From positions 1-42,488 of IMG/VR virus record IMGVR_UViG_3300033067_001565: DNA of 42,488 nt; one strand, given 5' to 3'. This stretch comes from a virus. Taxonomy: Duplodnaviria > Caudoviricetes. Made by a program: the position numbers and the translations under genes. The stretch's first letter is position 1; the number at the start of each line of letters is the position of its first letter. Of the stretch, positions 34,154 through 41,961 are shown one piece after another. The notes beneath the pieces are model-generated. The model was not told the DNA's origin and ran no database searches. It was given only the letters and a program-made list of their open reading frames with translations.

Positions 34154-34873
34154 TTACATGCCAAAGGGCAGCTCCCCCGAGCGGGGGCGCTGGTAGTAAT
34201 TCGCATCGAGGATGTGCGCCGGCAGCTTCTTCACCGGGCGCTCCTCTACGTTGCCCAGCTTCACCAGCTGGTCGATCTTTTCATTCAGCAGCTGGTCGAA
34301 GCCGGTGAGGGCGGCCGCGAGCTTCTCGATGAATTTCTCGTCGCGCTCAACGCGGATCCGCGCGCTGGGCATCTCGGGGTAGTACGAGAACCAGTCGACC
34401 CACGCCGCGCCGCTGATCAGCATCTGGCCCTGCACCTGCGGGATATATTTCGGATTCATCTTCTGCATGAGCAGAAACTCGATATGGACCGCCGGGTTCT
34501 CGGGGCACTTGATCTCGGCGAGCCCGACCATCTTCTCGCCATCATAGACGCGCGCATCGGGTGACGCGCCCTGCGTGATCGCATCGTTCGTGAAGAAGCC
34601 GCCGTGCAGCACGTCGAGGCCGGTTTCAAAGCGATACAGCGCGATCGCTTCTTCTTCATACTGCTCGCCCCATTGCATGGCGTAGGTATTGAACTCGCGA
34701 TCGATCGAGCGGCCTAGGATGAGCTCCGCCAGCAGGTGATTCGCGTAGCCATCTGCTTGTGCAGATTCCGCCCCCGACTTCGTGATGATCTTTTCGAAGT
34801 TCGAGGTGGTGGCTACTCCTGCGCGAGCGTGGAACCAGTCAGCGCTGCGGTGCTGTATATCGAACCAATTCAT
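34154..34873 (-). CDS. YqaJ / lambda-exonuclease family recombination nuclease
   Basis: QHRSADWFHARAGVATTS, MQWGEQYEEEA, GASPDA, EIKCP and YIPQVQGQM motifs. Confidence 0.92.
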   Translation of the reverse strand: MNWFDIQHRSADWFHARAGVATTSNFEKIITKSGAESAQADGYANHLLAELILGRSIDREFNTYAMQWGEQYEEEAIALYRFETGLDVLHGGFFTNDAITQGASPDARVYDGEKMVGLAEIKCPENPAVHIEFLLMQKMNPKYIPQVQGQMLISGAAWVDWFSYYPEMPSARIRVERDEKFIEKLAAALTGFDQLLNEKIDQLVKLGNVEERPVKKLPAHILDANYYQRPRSGELPFGM

Positions 34874-35616
34874 TTCGCGGCCGCCTTTCTTTTCAGCGCC
34901 ATGTAAGCTTTTGGGTAGTCCTTCATGGGGATGTTCTCGACGCAATCGACCGCCATATATTCAAGGAATTTTTTAGTGTCGCCGCCCGTTTCGCGTAGCG
35001 CATCCTTGATCTCTTTCGCCTGACTGTCATCGATCTTGATGTGCTTCAGCAGGCCATCGTCATCCTCGCCCTCGGCCACGATGTTGAGCAGGCTGCAGAC
35101 GTTGTGGCGCTTGCCGAAGGAAGCGGTGGAAGCGGCCGCCTGCAGTGCCGATTTCAGGGCATTCGTCTGATCATAGGGCAGCGGGATGGATACCGAATCT
35201 TGATGGCCGCTGCGGTGCTTCAAGATGGAGGTGATCACCATCTTGCCGTCCTGATCCTTGCGATCGTGCTGAAGCGAGAAGCCATACTTTTGAAGCAGCG
35301 GCCGGATCACTGTGTCGATATCCTCGTATTTCATATAACGCGAGGTCACGTCGCCATTCTTGTTTTTGATCTCGCCCCGGGCCGTGATGCGCGGCATTTC
35401 CTGCTGCAAATCGGCCAGCGCTTGATCGTATTTTATTTTAGCGTCGCGCTCCATCATCGTGATCTGAATGTTGAGCAGCTTCTCGATGCGATCGGGATCC
35501 ACGCTGGGGTCGGCCGCCAGCTCCGCGATGCGCGCGATCATGGCGCGTTCGGTGGTGGCCTCGGCCTGCGTGGTGAGCGCCGTTTGCTGGCTTTCTTGTG
35601 TGACGATATCGTTCAT
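34870..35616 (-). CDS. erf: ERF-family ssDNA annealing protein
   Basis: YMKYEDIDTVIRPLLQKYGFSL, LKHRSGH and ASTASFGKRHNVCSLLNIVAEGEDDDG; adjacent to the exonuclease. Confidence 0.88.
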   Translation of the reverse strand: MNDIVTQESQQTALTTQAEATTERAMIARIAELAADPSVDPDRIEKLLNIQITMMERDAKIKYDQALADLQQEMPRITARGEIKNKNGDVTSRYMKYEDIDTVIRPLLQKYGFSLQHDRKDQDGKMVITSILKHRSGHQDSVSIPLPYDQTNALKSALQAAASTASFGKRHNVCSLLNIVAEGEDDDGLLKHIKIDDSQAKEIKDALRETGGDTKKFLEYMAVDCVENIPMKDYPKAYMALKRKAAAK

Positions 35617-35637
35617 AAAATTCCTTTTGGGGTTGAA

Positions 35638-35937
35638 TTAAAATGTGCGGCCAAACTTCTCGATCTGGATCTTCTTAGTGATCTCATCGAGGTTTTTTTC
35701 GTAGGGCGCTTTCGATGCCAGCACCGCAGATCGCAGATCGGCGCGCAATATCTCGGCGCGTTTCTGCAGCAGAATCCATTTCGGATCGCGCCGCTCTTCT
35801 CTCTGAAGGGCATCCAGCTCCTCGATGAGTTCCTCCAGCGCCTTTAGGGCTCTTTTCTCCGGGACCGCTAAATCCTTAATTCGCGTTTCGGCGATTTCGC
35901 GATCCATCTCTAGGTCTTCAAGTGATTCGCGGGCCAT
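35638..35937 (-). CDS. Coiled-coil hypothetical protein
   Basis: AAGGA RBS before MARESLEDLE. Confidence 0.65.
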   Translation of the reverse strand: MARESLEDLEMDREIAETRIKDLAVPEKRALKALEELIEELDALQREERRDPKWILLQKRAEILRADLRSAVLASKAPYEKNLDEITKKIQIEKFGRTF

Positions 35938-35939
35938 GG

Positions 35940-36209
35940 TTAAATCCTTTTCTCGATGGAGGTGATGATGCGTTGAGCGTGGCGGATGAGCGCGGTGATC
36001 GCCCACACCCGGCCCAGCTCGTCGGTGAAGCCGCGCTTGCTGAAGTCGCGCTCGAGCGACACGGCGTAAAGCGCACGCAGGGCGGCGAAAACATTGTTCC
36101 ACGCCAGCTCGTAACGCGCCTCGGCCGACAGATCAGGCGGCGGTGCGGGCGGATTTGATGTGTCGACCATAACAATCTCCCGGCTTTTAATGCTGATGAC
36201 GTTGCTCAT
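35940..36209 (-). CDS. Hypothetical protein
   Basis: GAGGA RBS; coupled ORF. Confidence 0.6.
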   Translation of the reverse strand: MSNVISIKSREIVMVDTSNPPAPPPDLSAEARYELAWNNVFAALRALYAVSLERDFSKRGFTDELGRVWAITALIRHAQRIITSIEKRI

Positions 36210-36385
36210 TTTTTCCTCGTGACGATGTTCACCATCTGCCCGAGATACCAGATCAGCACGCAGGGCAGGATGACGGGCAGGAAGGGGATGAGCACAATGG
36301 CCCAGAAAAAGCCCTTGAAGAAGGTCGGCGCTACGTCCGGGCCTATCTCATTGCGGGGGTCGATGTTGCGGCGGGAGCGGCTCAT
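36206..36385 (-). CDS. Small membrane protein, 59 aa
   Basis: MSRSRRNIDP... with hydrophobic FFWAIVLIPFLPVILPCVLIWYL. Confidence 0.55.
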   Translation of the reverse strand: MSRSRRNIDPRNEIGPDVAPTFFKGFFWAIVLIPFLPVILPCVLIWYLGQMVNIVTRKK

Positions 36386-36510
36386 TTCGCCCCCTGCTGC
36401 GCGGCATAAACCGCGCGATAGACGTTCACCTCGTGGATGGCAATCGCTGCCATGATCAGCATGCAGATCAGGTGGGGGATGCCGGCGTTGTAAATGGTCT
36501 TCAGCTTCAT
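36382..36510 (-). CDS. Small hydrophobic protein, 42 aa (MKLKTIYNAGIPHLICMLIMAAIAI...)
   Basis: Not in the ORF track; CAGGAG RBS; ATGA overlap with the next gene. Confidence 0.55.
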   Translation of the reverse strand: MKLKTIYNAGIPHLICMLIMAAIAIHEVNVYRAVYAAQQGAK

Positions 36511-36573
36511 GTTCTTCTCCTGTTGTGTCGCTGGCTAGGTCGACCGGGGGGATCTTCCTAGCCAGCTTCTCAT

Positions 36574-36933
36574 TCAACCAAGCAGCTCGCGATCGCGGGC
36601 CTCCGCAACGCGATGCTCATCGCGCAGGCGGAAAAGCTCGCTTAGCAGCTCCATGTGGTTGAGTGGTTCGTCGGCATACGCATCGAAGAGCTGGTGAAAC
36701 TGCTCGAGGCGGTGCTTCGTGATGCCGTGGCGGCGCTGCTCGCCCTTGAGGGCTTCGGTCTGCTGGTGGGCATAAGCGGCCGTTTTAGAGCCGTCCTCTA
36801 TCGCTTGCAGGGCCATCCTGCGATAGCGCGATAAATCGCTTTCAGGGCGCGGCGGAAATTGAATATCCAGATCACGCTTCAAGCGATCATACCACGCTTC
36901 GTCGCCAAACTCTTTTTTGTGCTCAGGGCGCAT
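36574..36933 (-). CDS. Hypothetical protein
   Basis: GGAGG RBS; in operon. Confidence 0.65.
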   Translation of the reverse strand: MRPEHKKEFGDEAWYDRLKRDLDIQFPPRPESDLSRYRRMALQAIEDGSKTAAYAHQQTEALKGEQRRHGITKHRLEQFHQLFDAYADEPLNHMELLSELFRLRDEHRVAEARDRELLG

Positions 36934-37230
36934 CTATGCCTCCCCGCGTGCTTTGCGAAGGGCGGCTTTAAGTTCATCAGGATAGAGGCGTGTGCCTTTT
37001 TCTGCGAAAGACAAAGCCTGTTCTACAGCCCGCACCAAATCCTCATGCGTATTGCAGGCGCGGACGATTTCATCCGCATGGTGCTTCATAATTCCGCGAG
37101 CAATAGGAGTTTCAAGTGGATTTCCGCCCAACTCGTTCACCGTGCGCTTATATAGCGTGCCGGTAAGCATTCCCCCTTCTGCAACGAAATAATAGTGAGG
37201 GATCGGCGTGTGTTTCGTTTCCTGTGTCAT
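36934..37230 (-). CDS. Hypothetical protein
   Basis: KHTP...ADEIVRACNTHEDLVRA...LRKARGE pattern common in phage early proteins. Confidence 0.7.
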   Translation of the reverse strand: MTQETKHTPIPHYYFVAEGGMLTGTLYKRTVNELGGNPLETPIARGIMKHHADEIVRACNTHEDLVRAVEQALSFAEKGTRLYPDELKAALRKARGEA

Positions 37231-37231
37231 G

Positions 37232-37465
37232 TTACGCCCCAATAATGCGAGTGATTTCTTGCGGGCGGCAGGCTACGCGACATGAATCTTTCATGCCCAT
37301 GTAACGGTCAACGCTGATGATTGCGAGGCCGTCTTTCTCGCCGACATAAACGCCGCGCATGCCCATTTTCGCTTTGGCATGATAGAAATTTACGCGCTGT
37401 CCAACTGTGGGGGTGAGTGCGGCAGCAGGTTTTGCTGGTGCCTTAAACTCAATAACGTGTGCCAT
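37232..37465 (-). CDS. First gene of the leftward early operon, 77 aa
   Basis: AAGGAGA RBS before MAHVIEF; promoter upstream. Confidence 0.7.
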   Translation of the reverse strand: MAHVIEFKAPAKPAAALTPTVGQRVNFYHAKAKMGMRGVYVGEKDGLAIISVDRYMGMKDSCRVACRPQEITRIIGA

Positions 37466-37525
37466 AATCTTTCTCCTTGGCAAAAGGCGGTTTATAAAAC
37501 GTCGGCTTGATCACCAACGAGGCCG

Positions 37526-37554
37526 ACCATAAAGATGGGCTTTATAGTCGTCAA
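37526..37554 (-). promoter_or_regulatory. Leftward sigma70-like promoter (PL-like)
   Basis: On the minus strand TTGACG-17 bp-TATGGT; overlaps the palindrome ATAAAG-atggg-CTTTAT. Confidence 0.7.
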
Positions 37555-37589
37555 GCATAAAATCGTAAATCTGGCTTTATTGTTTTTTC

Positions 37590-37619
37590 TTGCGTATTTT
37601 TGCCACGTGTGTTTACGAT
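37590..37619 (+). promoter_or_regulatory. Rightward sigma70-like promoter (PR-like)
   Basis: TTGCGT-18 bp-TACGAT upstream of the cro-like gene. Confidence 0.55.
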
Positions 37620-37644
37620 GCGCCTCCCTGACCGGAGAATTCTA

Positions 37645-37839
37645 ATGAAGCTAAAAAAATGGTTTAAGCGGCAAAAAGACCTAGGAAAGCCTGTATCTAA
37701 GGCCGAATTCGCGCGCAGCTGCGGAGTAAGCGCCCCGACAGTGTTTAACTGGCTTAAAGGCGGCATTCCCGACAAGGACACGATGCCGCTGATCAAGAAA
37801 GCCACTGAAGGTGAAGTGACCCCCAACGATTTCTATTAA
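37645..37839 (+). CDS. Cro-like HTH regulator, 64 aa
   Basis: GGAGA RBS; SKAEFARSCGVSAPTVFNWLKGG HTH; IKKATEGEVTPNDFY end typical of Cro/YdaS. Confidence 0.85.
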   Translation: MKLKKWFKRQKDLGKPVSKAEFARSCGVSAPTVFNWLKGGIPDKDTMPLIKKATEGEVTPNDFY

Positions 37840-37862
37840 CCACAACCCCCAAGGAGTAGCCC

Positions 37863-38288
37863 ATGCGTAGTGAAGCAGCCCAACAAGTCGACAAGAACGT
37901 CGAGCAGATCCTGAAGAACCAGAAAGCAGGAAAACTCGTTAATCGCGGAAAAGATGAAGAGCAGCTCGATCAGCTGCCAAACGGCAAAGCAACCGTTGTC
38001 TTCACCAAGGACCAGCTGGTGAAATTCAAGCAGCAGATCGAAAGCGCGATCGAGCGCAAAAACCGCTCGAAAGAGGTCTATGACAAGGACAAGGGCGCGG
38101 TCGCCACGGCCTATGCAAACGCGGCGAAGGCCGGCGTGCCGAAAGACGAGCTGAAATTCATCATCGAGAAGCACTCGAAATACGACGAGGACTTCAAGCA
38201 GGGCGTGGGTGCGCTGGAAGAAATGCTCGGCCTCGAGCCTACCTTCCATTTCGTCGAGCCGGAGGGCCACGACGCGCTCAAGCATTAA
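37863..38288 (+). CDS. Possible divergent GapR (DUF2312)-like DNA-binding protein
   Basis: AAGGAG RBS; DQLVKFKQQIE...AYANAAKAGVPKDELKFII...LEEMLG resembles the GapR pattern. Confidence 0.5.
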   Translation: MRSEAAQQVDKNVEQILKNQKAGKLVNRGKDEEQLDQLPNGKATVVFTKDQLVKFKQQIESAIERKNRSKEVYDKDKGAVATAYANAAKAGVPKDELKFIIEKHSKYDEDFKQGVGALEEMLGLEPTFHFVEPEGHDALKH

Positions 38289-38358
38289 TTGATCAGTAAC
38301 ACACCAACCCGCTCGGTCGCCCGGCAAGCAAACCACATAACAAAAACAGGAGTTCAAT

Positions 38359-38616
38359 ATGCCTACAGATCAGCACCTGCCCCACAACCAGCGCGTGGCG
38401 GTGGGCGAATATAATCCGGTGGCCGATGCGAACGGCGTGCTGCCGGGCGATGATCGCGTGAAGGGCCGCGTCTGCGGCTATCAGGACACGGGCCTGTCGC
38501 CGCTTTCTTACCTTGTCATGAAAGAGAGCGACGGCACCTGCGAATGGTTTCTCGGTGAGCAGCTGGAGACCATCGAGGAGCCGGCAGCGGATCCGGTCGA
38601 AGGCGCGCCCGCATAA
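38359..38616 (+). CDS. Hypothetical acidic protein
   Basis: CAGGAG RBS. Confidence 0.7.
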   Translation: MPTDQHLPHNQRVAVGEYNPVADANGVLPGDDRVKGRVCGYQDTGLSPLSYLVMKESDGTCEWFLGEQLETIEEPAADPVEGAPA

Positions 38617-38617
38617 A

Positions 38618-38684
38618 ATTGCCGATTACATCCCGGCAATGAGCCGGGGCAGCGGTTCCAAGGCAGACGCTGCCCCGGTTTCTT
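38618..38684 (+). terminator. Double hairpin; the second is terminator-like
   Basis: ATTGCCG/CGGCAAT (38618-38640), then AGCCGGGGCAGCG/CGCTGCCCCGGTT (38642-38680) followed by TCTT. Confidence 0.6.
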
Positions 38685-38712
38685 CACCACTCACCCCGAA
38701 AAGGAAATCCCC

Positions 38713-39045
38713 ATGCAAGTCAATCTGAACAAAGCCCTCACCGGTGCCGATGAAAAACCCATCCTCGAGGATGGCAAGGAGCTGATCCTGACCGATATCG
38801 TCGTGAAGGTGCTCGAGGCCAATTATCCCGGCGATGAGCAGGTGGGCTTCATGAAGAAGCTCGACCGCGCCAAGCTTGCCCGCAAAATCCGCAAGGCCGA
38901 AGGCGTGCTGGATCTTCGCAGCGACGAGATCACGCTGATCAAGGATCTGGCCGGCCGCTCGGCATCCGCCCATGCGTGCCTTTGCCTCGAGGAGCTGCTC
39001 GAGCCACCCGCCGAAACCGCGAAAGACACGAAAAAAAAGGACTAG
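38713..39045 (+). CDS. Hypothetical protein
   Basis: AAGGA RBS; 110 aa. Confidence 0.7.
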   Translation: MQVNLNKALTGADEKPILEDGKELILTDIVVKVLEANYPGDEQVGFMKKLDRAKLARKIRKAEGVLDLRSDEITLIKDLAGRSASAHACLCLEELLEPPAETAKDTKKKD

Positions 39046-39084
39046 CCGTCCTCACTGAAACCGCCACAACATCAGGAATTGCAC

Positions 39085-39498
39085 ATGGAACACGCCGATT
39101 ATCACCCAGCGCCACGCCATCAGGCCACCGCGCGCACCGACCTGCCGGCGCAACGCATGCGCCTCACCCACCGCAACAAGCTGAAGATCGCCCGCCGGCA
39201 GCGCATGAAAGAGGAGCTGGTGCGCTATATCGGCCTTAACCCCGGCGTGGTGCCGCCGGAGGTCGCCGAGGCCTTCCTGCGCCATGGCAAGAAGCTGACC
39301 GATCTCTATGTCATGATGGACGCGAAAAACCAATACACCCGCGTCGAGCTCATCCCGGAGCACATCAAGCGCCAAGGCCGCGCGCTCTTCCGCAATTACC
39401 TGAACGCCGTTCTCGAGCGTCGTCGCCTGCGTAAAGCAAAGGCCACGCGCGCAAGCCAGAAGTCCGCCCGCAAGATCAACCGCCGGGCGATTGCATGA
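39085..39498 (+). CDS. Very basic hypothetical protein
   Basis: CAGGA RBS; Arg/Lys-rich. Confidence 0.65.
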   Translation: MEHADYHPAPRHQATARTDLPAQRMRLTHRNKLKIARRQRMKEELVRYIGLNPGVVPPEVAEAFLRHGKKLTDLYVMMDAKNQYTRVELIPEHIKRQGRALFRNYLNAVLERRRLRKAKATRASQKSARKINRRAIA

Positions 39499-39704
39499 GC
39501 ACGCTGGCAATGATGGAGGAGATCGTCGGGATCCACGAGCGGGCGATCCACGCGGGAATCATCAAAAAGCTCGTGCAGGTCGGTCGCATCCTGCCGGGTG
39601 AGCAGGTCGCGGATGTTCGCATTGATCTGGTGGTTCCGAATGCGCCGGCACAATTTCTCGAGCAAGCCGTCTACACCTTCCCGGATTACGGAGCTCGCGC
39701 ATGA
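39495..39704 (+). CDS. Hypothetical protein
   Basis: ATGA-coupled. Confidence 0.6.
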   Translation: MSTLAMMEEIVGIHERAIHAGIIKKLVQVGRILPGEQVADVRIDLVVPNAPAQFLEQAVYTFPDYGARA

Positions 39705-39880
39705 AGACGCTTTATAACATTTCCGATCGCCACCTACGCATGCTTCATTATCGTCTTAGGCTGCGCAAGCGCCAACAGGGCTTTCTACACGCAAACGATG
39801 TTAAGATTCTTAACCGGATTGTAGGCGAAATCGAGCGCCGGGCGTGGGTGAAGAAATTTTACGCGGGGCTCGTTCGATGA
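39701..39880 (+). CDS. Hypothetical basic protein, 59 aa (MKTLYNISDRHLRML...)
   Basis: Not in the ORF track; GGAG RBS; ATGA overlaps at both ends. Confidence 0.6.
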   Translation: MKTLYNISDRHLRMLHYRLRLRKRQQGFLHANDVKILNRIVGEIERRAWVKKFYAGLVR

Positions 39881-40080
39881 TTGACGATGACGGAATCAAG
39901 CGCGATAAGCGGCCAAACGCTTCGCAAATCTTCATGGAAACGCTGCAGCGCGGCCTCGACAAGATCATGCGCTATTCCGAGATCGCCGCCATGGCCGGAC
40001 AGCCGATCGCGTTTCATTACAGCGAGCACAAAAGCTGCCGGGGCATTCAACTGATTACCATGACAAGGAGCGAGCCATGA
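39877..40080 (+). CDS. Hypothetical protein
   Basis: ATGA-coupled (MIDDDGIKR...). Confidence 0.55.
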   Translation: MIDDDGIKRDKRPNASQIFMETLQRGLDKIMRYSEIAAMAGQPIAFHYSEHKSCRGIQLITMTRSEP

Positions 40081-40310
40081 CGTGCAAAACCGTGACCATC
40101 GAAAAAACGAAAATGATCATCTGCAGCCGGGGCCATAGACCTATTCGCTGTAAATGTGGCAAGCCGGGAAATCTTTTGTGTGACTACCCCATCACCGGCG
40201 GCGAGCAGGGCCGCACCTGCGACAAGGGAATTTGCGAAACGCATACCACAAAAATCGGCGACCTAGATTATTGCCCAGTCCACGCTAAAATGGCGGCCGC
40301 GGAAAAATGA
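40077..40310 (+). CDS. Cys/His-rich zinc-finger protein
   Basis: CKCG..LLCDYP..TCDKGICETH..DYCPVH. Confidence 0.7.
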   Translation: MTCKTVTIEKTKMIICSRGHRPIRCKCGKPGNLLCDYPITGGEQGRTCDKGICETHTTKIGDLDYCPVHAKMAAAEK

Positions 40311-40717
40311 GCGGCCGCATCCACCATCGCAAAGGCGCGCACTGGACGATGCAGCGCACCGTTGTGCCCAAGGAAGAGCGCACGAGCCCCGATGGCATCC
40401 TACACCGCACCAAGGCCGAATGCACCCGCTGGAACCGCTTAAAATGGCTGGAGGCGCAGGGCCTGATCATCGACCTTCACCGCGAAATCCGGCTGCCCCT
40501 GCAGAGCCCGGATGGCAAGATCGTCATCCGCGGCATCGAAAGCGGCCGCGTGCTCACCTATACCCCCGATTTTATCTACATGCGCCGTCTTGACGATTCT
40601 TCGGACTGGACTCGTATTTATGAAGATATTAAAGGGTTTATGACAGATACCCAGAAGCTGCGCCTTGCCGTTTTCGAGGCGCTTTATGGGGTAAAAGTAT
40701 TTGTGAACAAGGTATAA
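40307..40717 (+). CDS. DUF1064-like PD-(D/E)xK endonuclease
   Basis: DGILHRTKAECTRW..L, TYTPDFIY and YEDIKG motifs. Confidence 0.8.
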   Translation: MSGRIHHRKGAHWTMQRTVVPKEERTSPDGILHRTKAECTRWNRLKWLEAQGLIIDLHREIRLPLQSPDGKIVIRGIESGRVLTYTPDFIYMRRLDDSSDWTRIYEDIKGFMTDTQKLRLAVFEALYGVKVFVNKV

Positions 40718-40769
40718 GCCTATGTTCACATCCGAAGCATCTGCGCCCGTTTCCTCGGGGGCAAGCTGC

Positions 40770-40868
40770 TGCTGGGGATAGGTTAGCTGCCGATAAGCGT
40801 GTCTCGTGTCACGTTTCCCCAGCATAAAAACACACGAACAACCCGCCGGCAACGGCACACGAGGGGAG
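40770..40868 (+). ncRNA. Candidate structured cis-regulatory RNA upstream of the replication initiator
   Basis: 9-bp outer stem, inner hairpins, and a loop complementary to two downstream sites, one abutting the SD sequence (see findings). Confidence 0.55.
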
Positions 40869-40874
40869 TGAATT

Positions 40875-41624
40875 ATGGCCGACCATTATTACAGAAGAAA
40901 CGCCGATCGCGCACTGGTGGGGATGATGCCCCTGACGCTCGAGGAGCGGGGCGCTTATGGCACCATCATTGATCTGATTTACAGCCGCACAAACCGCCTT
41001 GTCGATGACGACGCGGATCTCTGCTCATACCTGCGATGCGATATCCGCGTCTGGCGGCGAATCAAGGCCCGGCTTTTGGAGCTCGGAAAGATCCACATCG
41101 AGGACGGTTTTATCCGCAACCGACACGCGACCGAAGAGATCAACTCGCGCAAAAAGGGTGGCCGAACCGGGCAACTTCCGCTGGACTTAGGCGACACTTC
41201 CGCCGAACTTCCGGCAAACTTAGGCCGAACTTATGGCCCTACCTGCACCCCTAAGTCGGAACCACAATTAAGTAAAAACAAAGACATGGGCGGCGCGGCC
41301 TCGCACGCGCGCGCAAACAGCAAAGCATATAGTAATAAGAATATTAAACCCCTTACCCCTTTGGAGCGCCCACCGAACGATGATTTAATGAATTATGAAA
41401 AATTGGTGTTGTTTGCTTGCTGGTTGCTAGGGCGTTCAAGCCTAGCCGCATCTGAGCAGCAGATCCTCACCGAATGGCTCGAAGCGGGCTATGATCTCAA
41501 CGCCAGAGCCGGCGATCTTGAACGATCGATGACGCGATATCGAGAACTGAACCATGGCGAACGGCCGAAGACCCTCAGCTATTTCACGCCGATGATGGCC
41601 CAAAAGCACCGGAGGTCGTCATGA
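40875..41624 (+). CDS. Replication initiator, DUF1376/YdaU family
   Basis: YYRRN...LTLEERGAYGTIIDLIY...WRRIKARLLELGKI..DGFIRN N-terminal domain; internal iteron array. Confidence 0.85.
   Translation: MADHYYRRNADRALVGMMPLTLEERGAYGTIIDLIYSRTNRLVDDDADLCSYLRCDIRVWRRIKARLLELGKIHIEDGFIRNRHATEEINSRKKGGRTGQLPLDLGDTSAELPANLGRTYGPTCTPKSEPQLSKNKDMGGAASHARANSKAYSNKNIKPLTPLERPPNDDLMNYEKLVLFACWLLGRSSLAASEQQILTEWLEAGYDLNARAGDLERSMTRYRELNHGERPKTLSYFTPMMAQKHRRSS
41171..41236 (+). repeat. Six 11-bp iterons (putative replication origin)
   Basis: ACTT cores at 41174, 41185, 41196, 41207, 41218 and 41229, followed by A-rich tracts. Confidence 0.75.
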
Positions 41625-41887
41625 TCACCCTCGATCGCACCGAAGACGGGCTTCACGTCATCGCCTGTTGCCTCGTCATCACGGCCTTCGGCAAACCGGT
41701 GATTCTCGTCGCCAAGCACCGCCTATCGCTGAACGCAAAGCAGGCCGGCGAGGAGATGAGATCATTCCAGCAGATCGCCGCGAGGTCGCTTGAGAACGCC
41801 GGGTTGCTACAGGGCATCCCACGAGAGCGGACGAGGCGCTACATGGCGCTCAATCACGAAAGCCCCAAGCGCACGAAGCCCGCATGA
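41621..41887 (+). CDS. Hypothetical protein
   Basis: GGAGG RBS; ATGA-coupled to the initiator. Confidence 0.65.
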   Translation: MITLDRTEDGLHVIACCLVITAFGKPVILVAKHRLSLNAKQAGEEMRSFQQIAARSLENAGLLQGIPRERTRRYMALNHESPKRTKPA

Positions 41888-41908
41888 TCTGGGTATGACG
41901 CTCAAAAC

Positions 41909-41937
41909 TTGCATAAACCAGCGTTCAAAGTTATGGT
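41909..41937 (+). promoter_or_regulatory. Candidate promoter for the methylase/late operon
   Basis: TTGCAT-17 bp-TATGGT, with the same -10 hexamer as the leftward promoter. Confidence 0.55.
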
Positions 41938-41961
41938 TAATTCAGCACTTGGGGAATCTTT

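Noticed and set aside
36206-36577. Single 123-aa ORF
   Set aside because: Better explained as two small coupled genes (36382-36510 and 36206-36385) plus an intergenic hairpin.
40718-40874. tRNA gene
   Set aside because: Multi-stem, but no T-loop GTTCRA, D-loop or anticodon-arm geometry.
41171-41236. CRISPR-like mini-array
   Set aside because: Degenerate 11-bp tandem units with no spacers, inside a CDS.
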